A stretch of DNA of 62,835 nt from a virus (Duplodnaviria > Caudoviricetes), in IMG/VR virus record IMGVR_UViG_3300032282_004527, positions 1 to 62,835 of that record; one strand, 5' to 3'. The notes under the pieces are model-generated. The model ran no database searches. It was given only the letters and a program-made list of their open reading frames with translations, and was not told where the DNA came from. Position numbers and translations under genes: made by a program. Shown here piece after piece: positions 55,892-62,835 of the stretch; positions within the stretch are counted from its first letter, which is position 1; each line of letters opens with the position of its first letter.

Positions 55892-57415
55892 CTAGGAGAC
55901 CGTATAAGGAGACGTCGAAGTTCTGCTCATCATGTTGTTCAGGGTTTGATTATACCCAAACATCCCAGACATGTCTTGCCCTGGCGATAGGTTTCCGAAT
56001 TCTTGATAGGATGTCCCATACGGGCTATAAGACATCGAAGGTTGACTACTATTCATTTGAGGGGTGTCGGATATAGATTTTGATTTACTTTCATCAAAAT
56101 AAGAGTTTCCGACACTGTACCCCCTACCTTTAGGAAGGTTTTTCATCGCGGCGGCAACTTCGTTCTGAGGGATCTCCGACGGATTCCAGTTATTAAGAAT
56201 AGACTTCCTCATGTCGTTCGGAAGCCGGTCTAGATTTTTTACGTAGTTTGGAGGGATTTGATGAGTTTTTTCGTAATAGTCGTCTATTCTTTTTTTCTGG
56301 GCGGATTCGTACCTTGCTCGATTAATCATCGCAGCCATCGGGCTCCGCATCTGCGACGGGAGGCGCTGAAACTGCTCTTCGGACATCCCCCCCGGACCAC
56401 CCTCGAGGGCTGCAATTCTCTGGGCTAGGCGTCTTGCGACAAAGTTAACGATACCAACATCCGCGCCCGCATCTTGCATTTTTTCAAGATTCATGGCCAT
56501 CGTCATGATGTCGTTTAACTCTTCGTCGGGGTCCTTCTTCTCCTCTGCCTTGGCCGTCGGCTTATTGGGTGTTTCTGTTGTTTTTGTTTTGTTGGCCTCG
56601 GAAATCTCGTCGGAGCCTCCGCTCGTAGTACCCCCAGTAGCCGTAGAAGCAACTTCCTGCTGCTTCTTGATCGATGCTAATTCTTGCTGCTTCTTGATCG
56701 ATGCTACTTTTATTTGTTGCGCATGCTGCTGTTTTTGTGCTAACTGCCCCTCTGCATACTTTAAGCTACTCGCCCACTTAGGTCTGCTAGAAAGAGGCAT
56801 AAGAGGAGCATAGTATTTTAACCAAGATACGGTTCTCTGTAGCTGAGCTACATTTTGCTGATTAGTGTGTAACTGTTGTTGAACTTTTTGGTATGCATCT
56901 GCAGTGGCCCGTTCAGTTATTCTATAGTACCCAACCTCCATGTCTGCTAATTCTTTAGCATATCCGGAATTTGGGAACTTTTTATTTAAATTAGATAATG
57001 CGCCAAAAACAAAAGCGTATCTTTGATAGTCATCACTAGAAGGGGTGTTCCTACTATCTGAATACTTAATATTTAGGTTATCATAAACAGGTCTACATAC
57101 CTTTTCATAAAAAGTAGCCCACTGATCTTGAGACCACGCGGGATTCCCTTGAGATTGGATGTATTGATCATATAAGTTATTTACTAATTTTTGATCTGCT
57201 GGTTTGATTGGATGTTCTTTACCATAATTTTTTTGTCGGGTGGTTCTTTGGTTCTCGCCAGACTGTCTAACCAATTCTTCTGGGACGTCATCGGGCAATT
57301 TCTCCTCCTTAGGAATAGGCCTCCAATACGATGTCCCGCCTCCGGGGGCCCGATAATCCGGACGAACAAGTTCTGATATAGTTCCATCTTCTTCTACTCT
57401 ATATTTATCAGGCAT
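55892..57415 (-). CDS. Putative ejection or internal virion protein
   Basis: Q-rich 507 aa; ASIKKQQE duplication; GGAGG RBS. Confidence 0.55.
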   Translation of the reverse strand: MPDKYRVEEDGTISELVRPDYRAPGGGTSYWRPIPKEEKLPDDVPEELVRQSGENQRTTRQKNYGKEHPIKPADQKLVNNLYDQYIQSQGNPAWSQDQWATFYEKVCRPVYDNLNIKYSDSRNTPSSDDYQRYAFVFGALSNLNKKFPNSGYAKELADMEVGYYRITERATADAYQKVQQQLHTNQQNVAQLQRTVSWLKYYAPLMPLSSRPKWASSLKYAEGQLAQKQQHAQQIKVASIKKQQELASIKKQQEVASTATGGTTSGGSDEISEANKTKTTETPNKPTAKAEEKKDPDEELNDIMTMAMNLEKMQDAGADVGIVNFVARRLAQRIAALEGGPGGMSEEQFQRLPSQMRSPMAAMINRARYESAQKKRIDDYYEKTHQIPPNYVKNLDRLPNDMRKSILNNWNPSEIPQNEVAAAMKNLPKGRGYSVGNSYFDESKSKSISDTPQMNSSQPSMSYSPYGTSYQEFGNLSPGQDMSGMFGYNQTLNNMMSRTSTSPYTVS

Positions 57416-57450
57416 AAAAAATCCCTCCTAAACTAAGGCACTAAAATTTA

Positions 57451-58224
57451 TCAAGGGAAAGAGGCAGAATTAAGAGAATTATAGTCTTTCAGCATATTCC
57501 CGGAAAGAGCCGATGGGTTTTTAATCTCTGTCCACGACCCGTTTTCGTATGCATAAGTAGGGTTGCTCGACCCGGGACCAGACGTAGTTGTAGACCCTCC
57601 GGGGACGTTGGAGTACCCTCCGTAAACCACATTTCCGCCTCCGTCCGTAGGGCTAATACCCCAGGAAGGGATTAACTCCCAATTACCTGAGTTTGAGTTG
57701 AACCTAAAATTGTTTCTCTCCTGAGACCTGGCCTCGGAGTCGGTGATCTCGGTTCTTTGCTTTTTGTCCTGACTTTTAGTGTCTTTGTCTTCGCTCTTCC
57801 CAAATCCAGTATTGTTTCTGTACTCTCCGCCCATATCGGGGAGGTAGTTTGTTCCACCGCCACCGCTGTTTCCAGCATAGTCCTGTCTTGGGTACTGCAT
57901 AGCTGTTGATGCCGCCTGTGCTAAAAGTTGCCTAATATAGTTTTCGTAATTGCCTGCACTGCTGACTGCCGGCTGATACGCCATCTGCATCATCTGGAGA
58001 GATGCGTTCTGGTTGGCGAGGGGGGACCTACCGTGCCCCATCCCCTTATACTGCTGCTGGATAAGGGCGTTCAAAGAAGGCTGAAGAACCCCCATGTTCG
58101 CTGCGTAGTACTGTTGGAGGTTATTCCCGTACTGCCCTACTGTGTTTCCGGCGGCTGCGGCTGGATTAGCCACACCGCTGTAGAGTGTGTTCCATACCTG
58201 CCCTGGCTGTGAATAGCTATACAT
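57451..58224 (-). CDS. Putative pilot or ejection protein
   Basis: Q/G/N/Y-rich 257 aa. Confidence 0.5.
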   Translation of the reverse strand: MYSYSQPGQVWNTLYSGVANPAAAAGNTVGQYGNNLQQYYAANMGVLQPSLNALIQQQYKGMGHGRSPLANQNASLQMMQMAYQPAVSSAGNYENYIRQLLAQAASTAMQYPRQDYAGNSGGGGTNYLPDMGGEYRNNTGFGKSEDKDTKSQDKKQRTEITDSEARSQERNNFRFNSNSGNWELIPSWGISPTDGGGNVVYGGYSNVPGGSTTTSGPGSSNPTYAYENGSWTEIKNPSALSGNMLKDYNSLNSASFP

Positions 58225-58793
58225 TACTCACTCCAAGACCCTAGAGTAGTGCCCTCTAGGAGGTAAAATTGTACCGAACCCTTTATAGCCGAGTTACCGG
58301 AAGAAGTCCTAAGGGCCAAGCAGTACCCCGGCTGCAGGATGATAGGGGTCTTGAAGGTGTAGGTGCTCGTGTCGTGGACTCGGATAGAGTCGATTTCAGT
58401 CATCGTGGAAGTGGTAGTGATGCCCGTACCGATAGACACTGTCCAGGGGCACGGACGCACCGTAGCAACGTTTTTGTTGACAGGGGATGTGTTAGTGGAC
58501 CCCACTACCGTAGGGGTTGCGTAAGGCCCTACAAGGACGTCTACGCGCTCGTCCGCTACGCTCGCCAAGTTAACTACGTCGACGACTACGGGAGTCGTAG
58601 CAGTATTACTTCCAATCATGAAAAAGATTGTTGAGCCTATCGACGGGGTAACAGAGATGAATGAAGAAAAAGCTCTTCCGTCGTAGGTGTAAGAAAGAGA
58701 CTCTTCACGAGAGGTTGAATAGGTTAGAAGACGGTTTCTAGTGTCAACGCCTGCGTTAGAGACAGGCCCCCCGGCCCCGTTAGAGATCTGCAT
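58224..58793 (-). CDS. Beta-rich virion structural protein
   Basis: 189 aa; operonic. Confidence 0.55.
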   Translation of the reverse strand: MQISNGAGGPVSNAGVDTRNRLLTYSTSREESLSYTYDGRAFSSFISVTPSIGSTIFFMIGSNTATTPVVVDVVNLASVADERVDVLVGPYATPTVVGSTNTSPVNKNVATVRPCPWTVSIGTGITTTSTMTEIDSIRVHDTSTYTFKTPIILQPGYCLALRTSSGNSAIKGSVQFYLLEGTTLGSWSE

Positions 58794-58795
58794 GA

Positions 58796-59059
58796 TTACT
58801 CCTCGACGTCAGAATCTAAAATTTCTTCGCCCGTAAGTAGGGCCAAATACATATTACCTTTTCTAACCTCTCTAAGCAACTCCGAAAGAACTGACAAAAC
58901 TGTAAGGGACGTAGTCTCTAAAGCCCCGCCACTACCATCGGAACCACTAGAAAAAGATACGAGAAGAGACCCCTCTTCGTCGACCTGGAGGAGGGTTGAG
59001 TTTCCTTCCGGGTCTTCGGCAATAGCCGAGTCACTAGGGTGCTCTTTAAAACCACTCAC
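58796..59059 (-). CDS. Hypothetical structural protein
   Basis: 87 aa; coupled. Confidence 0.55.
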   Translation of the reverse strand: MSGFKEHPSDSAIAEDPEGNSTLLQVDEEGSLLVSFSSGSDGSGGALETTSLTVLSVLSELLREVRKGNMYLALLTGEEILDSDVEE

Positions 59060-59412
59060 TTAGACACCCCCCCGTTTATCATGATGCTCACGACCCCTGG
59101 AACAGAGGCCTCCATGTAGATAACGTCCCCTGAGTTGCTTAGGACTTCAAAACCCGTCCACTGAGAAACTGCGCAGTCTCCAGTCTTTGAGTTTCTTGGG
59201 GGCAGGTACCATCCAGGTATCAGAAGGTAGGAATCCGAGATAGACTGCGTGAAGGGGACAATCCATACCTTCACGACAACACCCTCGTCAGAGGAGTTGG
59301 CCATGTTGATCGAACGAATGGCTACCACCGGGTACTGGGCGGTGTTATGAACGTAAGCAATACTCGGGGCGGTTCCGGCCGTGCCTCGAAAAAAGTTTCT
59401 CCACAGTACCAT
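59056..59412 (-). CDS. Hypothetical structural protein
   Basis: 118 aa; beta-rich; coupled. Confidence 0.55.
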   Translation of the reverse strand: MVLWRNFFRGTAGTAPSIAYVHNTAQYPVVAIRSINMANSSDEGVVVKVWIVPFTQSISDSYLLIPGWYLPPRNSKTGDCAVSQWTGFEVLSNSGDVIYMEASVPGVVSIMINGGVSK

Positions 59413-59636
59413 TAGATCTCACCCATCATGAACACAAATTCGTCAGAAGTAGCGTTGTCCGTTATTACTGCAGGCTTTATCTTTGGGTTTGTGTTGTTCA
59501 TTATGTTGAACACTTTTTGATTGTTCAAGAACAACGCCTGAAGAGCCTCTTTTACCGGCCGATGCTGATAGTTCTGCCAGGTGTAGTCCGGATTTATTTT
59601 TATTTTTTGTGTTGGTTTTTCTTCTTCTTCTGCCAT
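59412..59636 (-). CDS. Hypothetical protein
   Basis: 74 aa; coupled. Confidence 0.5.
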   Translation of the reverse strand: MAEEEEKPTQKIKINPDYTWQNYQHRPVKEALQALFLNNQKVFNIMNNTNPKIKPAVITDNATSDEFVFMMGEI

Positions 59637-59641
59637 ACGAC

Positions 59642-60784
59642 CTACTGAATAGCAAGCAGGTTGTATCTAGCCTGCCTGAAGTCTACGTACATCCCCTGAA
59701 TCAATAAGTTCGTCCCAGTTACCTTGATAGCAAATTCGTTGAACTCCGTAGGGGTGCTGTCTTCTGTGCCGTCTAAAACAGGGAGAGTGCACTGGCAAGG
59801 GAGGCTCGTACTGCTCATTGCGGGGGTTACCTGAGTGACGTTTTTGAATCTGTCCGTAAAGTAGAATGTTATCGAGATATCTTCGCCTTCCCCGTAAATA
59901 AGGCATCTTCGGAACTGTTTCGTAAGTACACGATCCCCAAAATCCAGGGCCCTAGACTTCACTTCGCTGACTACGCTAATCTCCGGAAGGGAGTCCGATG
60001 TGGGCGCGTCGTTTTTCCCGATGTAGTCTGTCTGATCAATAAAAGGCTGAATGTATAAGTTTCCATCCCCGCCAGGTATCATCATACAATCCCAAGGAGA
60101 AGAGATGTACTTCACGACCCCCTGCGGTGGGTTACTCTGTCCGATCCCCGTAGTGTTCGGGAATGGTTGATAAGACCAGCCCCCAAAATAGGTCTTATCT
60201 AGTGCGTAAATGTCTGACATCTGACCCGACGTGCGGGCTATCCGTACAAACGCCTTCTTATCGTTGAAGGCGACGGAAGAGCCAGGAGTGAACTTTAGCT
60301 GGTCTCGTATCTGGGCGGAGGCTAGGTTTACGGACCCGTCGTAAATGTAAAGATTGTTCATGAAACCAAACATGATGGTAGACCCGTATTGGGTCACCAT
60401 GTCCCTGGCCGCCCCTACTTCGGGATGAAGGATACCTACAATAGGGAGGGTCTGGATGTCCCCAGAGATGTATAGGATACCTTTATCACAGAACACAAGG
60501 ATGCGGTCATCTAACCCTACTAGATTGGTAACATGCCCCCACTGAGGCTCTATGGTCACCTGGTTTACTTCCGGCCAAGTTGTTATGTCTGCCGTCTCTG
60601 TCCATCGTATTGTGTTGCTGTTGTCACAAGCCGCTACTAGTGCGTTCTGGTAAATACAAACAGAGAAGGCCCCCGCAGGAGAGTTGTCTAAAACCGTTGC
60701 GGAAGCAGAGAACCCGTCCCAGTAACAGATGTGTGGCCAGTTCTTGTTGGCCATTATAAGTACGTTTAAAGCTGTTTCAGCCAT
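59642..60784 (-). CDS. Tail nozzle / stabilisation-like protein (podovirus tail tube B-like, C-terminal part)
   Basis: IRWTET..ITTWP, GHVTNL, ILVFC..GI, S..LDFG....KQFR pattern. Confidence 0.55.
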   Translation of the reverse strand: MAETALNVLIMANKNWPHICYWDGFSASATVLDNSPAGAFSVCIYQNALVAACDNSNTIRWTETADITTWPEVNQVTIEPQWGHVTNLVGLDDRILVFCDKGILYISGDIQTLPIVGILHPEVGAARDMVTQYGSTIMFGFMNNLYIYDGSVNLASAQIRDQLKFTPGSSVAFNDKKAFVRIARTSGQMSDIYALDKTYFGGWSYQPFPNTTGIGQSNPPQGVVKYISSPWDCMMIPGGDGNLYIQPFIDQTDYIGKNDAPTSDSLPEISVVSEVKSRALDFGDRVLTKQFRRCLIYGEGEDISITFYFTDRFKNVTQVTPAMSSTSLPCQCTLPVLDGTEDSTPTEFNEFAIKVTGTNLLIQGMYVDFRQARYNLLAIQ

Positions 60785-62346
60785 TACAGAGACAGCCCCA
60801 GTCTTTGTAGATTATTACTAGAGTCTATATAGTAAACATGATTGTCCGATACCACTATGTCGGGATACTGAAAGTCTCTATCCGCTGCTTCCCACTGAGA
60901 TCCTTGCCAATTAAGATTGGCGGATACCAATCCCACAGTAGTGAGGCTATTGGCGGTGAGTTTGTGTAAGTTACAAATATTAGGATTTATTAGGTCTTTT
61001 ATGAACAAGAGTATTCCGTTCGACCCTGCTCCGTTGGCAACTACATGAAACATGTTTATAGGGCTGTAAATACCATTTACTATTCTGTTTGTGATTGGTC
61101 CTGACCCGTCGTTTGTAGACGGGTTAGGGTAAGAGGCCCCTAGATTAAACGAGTCAAGAGCATTGCCGTTATAGTCATAAGTCTTTATTTCTATGTTGTG
61201 CCACGGGAACGAGGCGAATCCGTTAGAAGATAGGTATCCTGGCTTGTATAGGGCAGGCTCTGTGCACTGAGAATTCCAGAACAGCAGCCCAAAGAATTCT
61301 TTACCGGGAAACATGTACTGCGGTATCTTGGCGGTTTCTTTACTGCCCGGCATAGACCCTGGAAGAACTGTAAAATTACCCGTGCTTATGTTGTTTAGAA
61401 CAACTCCCGTGTTTTTATCGAAAGACCTCACCCACCCCTGGCTACCCACCAAACCTCTAACTACTTTGGTATAAGGAGCTACAGGACACCAATATAACGG
61501 TCCCGTAGTAGCCGTCTGATCTAGGTTAGTACCTCCTAAAAAGTACCCTGCAGGAGACGGAGGGGGGAACACTGAGGGACTGTCCGCTATGAACCCGTAA
61601 GCAATTTGATAAGACAAAGCAGGGGGTGGGTCGGGATTCGTATAGGTTATTGTAGAATAATCATTTTGGGTCATGTTTATGCTCGCCCCGGATAACCACA
61701 CCTTGTTTTTTAAGATACGAACTCGTGGAGAAATTGTTACTGCGTCTTTTTCTGTTTTTAGTTCTACCGACCAAACCACCTCTAGATTTTTATTCATGCA
61801 GATAAGCAGAGCGGAGTCTATCACCAAAGCGCCTGGCTCGGGAGGGTCTCCGTTATAAGCAACTACAAAAAGCCTATCGTCCTCTGTCGCTATGCCCATA
61901 CTGCCTAGTACAGAGTAGGAAGGTATAATTTCATTGTATTCTTTAGTGGCTATTATTGCCCCCGTAGTGTAAGAAAACGAAGTTATAGACGGAAGCTTAG
62001 TGTCCCCAGAAAAACAAACCACCCTGTCCGAAAGAAAACATAGCTCTCGAGCATTAGTTATGCTAGAAGTAGCCCATTGAACAACCCCTGTGCTAGCCTT
62101 TATTTTGCAGAGGCCATTAACGGTTGAGGATGAGTGGGTTATTGCCGCATTCCCGTACCAAAAGTTACTGTCAAAAAACCCATAAGAATAACTGTTAGGA
62201 GCCCCTGTTGACGGGACGTGCCACACAGTACCAGACGCGTCTTTTTTAATGCAGTAGATGCCCGGATTGGTGCCGCCGTAAGATCCATCAGATCTAACAA
62301 TGATGTTGTCTTTCGTAACGACCAGTCCTCGAGAAAGCCCATTCAT
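60784..62346 (-). CDS. Beta-propeller-like virion protein
   Basis: 520 aa with repeated ..G.V.W motifs. Confidence 0.5.
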   Translation of the reverse strand: MNGLSRGLVVTKDNIIVRSDGSYGGTNPGIYCIKKDASGTVWHVPSTGAPNSYSYGFFDSNFWYGNAAITHSSSTVNGLCKIKASTGVVQWATSSITNARELCFLSDRVVCFSGDTKLPSITSFSYTTGAIIATKEYNEIIPSYSVLGSMGIATEDDRLFVVAYNGDPPEPGALVIDSALLICMNKNLEVVWSVELKTEKDAVTISPRVRILKNKVWLSGASINMTQNDYSTITYTNPDPPPALSYQIAYGFIADSPSVFPPPSPAGYFLGGTNLDQTATTGPLYWCPVAPYTKVVRGLVGSQGWVRSFDKNTGVVLNNISTGNFTVLPGSMPGSKETAKIPQYMFPGKEFFGLLFWNSQCTEPALYKPGYLSSNGFASFPWHNIEIKTYDYNGNALDSFNLGASYPNPSTNDGSGPITNRIVNGIYSPINMFHVVANGAGSNGILLFIKDLINPNICNLHKLTANSLTTVGLVSANLNWQGSQWEAADRDFQYPDIVVSDNHVYYIDSSNNLQRLGLSL

Positions 62347-62355
62347 ATTAAATCC

Positions 62356-62835
62356 TTAAGGGGGGGTTAGGCCAAGAACAGCCGCACCCCATGATGTGTC
62401 TACAAGGAAGGTATTCGGTAGTTCCGTGTTCGGGTTTACTTCGGCCCTAGTCCCGCCGCCCCCGGCCCCGTTCCAATCCCCTACCAAAGGCGGAGGCTCT
62501 GGAGGGACGGGGGGTCCGGGCTCGTGCTCACCCTCCCCCGAAGGGGGCACTGTTCCAGGCGTTCCTGCTATGAATGCAGACGCAAAGTTAGTTCGGGCAG
62601 TACTGCCCTCGTAAGGCACAGTGAAAGACCCAAAGTTAGCCCGTAGCCCGGGTCGCCAGTTTGTGGAGGGTACGTGGAAGTAGTAGACGTAGCCCTGCTT
62701 AGCTACTACAATGTACAGCCTTCCGTCGTTTATACCTAAGTTGGCGATACCTATAATCGGATTAGATCCTAGGACCCCTCGGTCGTGTGCTAGTGTCGTG
62801 CCTGTCCGCGTTGTAATCCATCCGCTTCTAGCAAC
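62356..62835 (-). CDS. Partial CDS running off the window end, probable tail protein
   Basis: Frame open from 62835 (VARSGWITTRTGT...) to the stop at 62356. Confidence 0.6.
   Translation of the reverse strand, partial: VARSGWITTRTGTTLAHDRGVLGSNPIIGIANLGINDGRLYIVVAKQGYVYYFHVPSTNWRPGLRANFGSFTVPYEGSTARTNFASAFIAGTPGTVPPSGEGEHEPGPPVPPEPPPLVGDWNGAGGGGTRAEVNPNTELPNTFLVDTSWGAAVLGLTPP

Noticed and set aside
1-62835. Stop-codon reassignment, introns or inteins, integrase, reverse transcriptase or DGR
   Set aside because: Core genes are intact and of normal length in the standard code, there is no suppressor tRNA, and no such motifs were seen

Overview
This window is a 62.8-kb piece of an uncharacterised tailed dsDNA phage genome, probably podovirus-like; no capsid or portal gene is recognisable here. 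It has five alternating transcription blocks. (1) 1-13.7 kb, minus strand: amidase, small RHH/Zn-finger genes, terminase and a giant protein with an N-terminal SLOG domain. (2) 14.3-24.8 kb, plus strand: an early/accessory region of small genes (DUF4326, Gp88-like, SNF2 helicase, XRE-HTH) punctuated by several families of repeated structured elements. (3) 25-29.4 kb, minus strand: tail-fibre-like genes. (4) 29.7-47.8 kb, plus strand: replication/recombination module (4 tRNAs, HNH, UDG-PolA fusion, UvsY-like, gp32-like SSB, RecA, DnaB, primase, SbcD/SbcC, RuvC). (5) 47.8-62.8 kb, minus strand: tail and ejection proteins, NlpC/P60 lysin and holin-like genes. The most notable signal is a candidate RNA-level control system for the early region. 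A promoter- and terminator-bounded ~65-nt RNA (24820-24884) has a 5' end antisense to the phage's own ribosome-binding-site consensus, and two families of covarying H-type pseudoknots plus long conserved hairpins sit at gene boundaries. Other points of interest are a strand-specific G-to-A drift, a CsfB/Gin-like anti-sigma candidate, tRNA-Ile(UAU) and twin basic micropeptides. All calls come from reading motifs by eye; no database searches were run.
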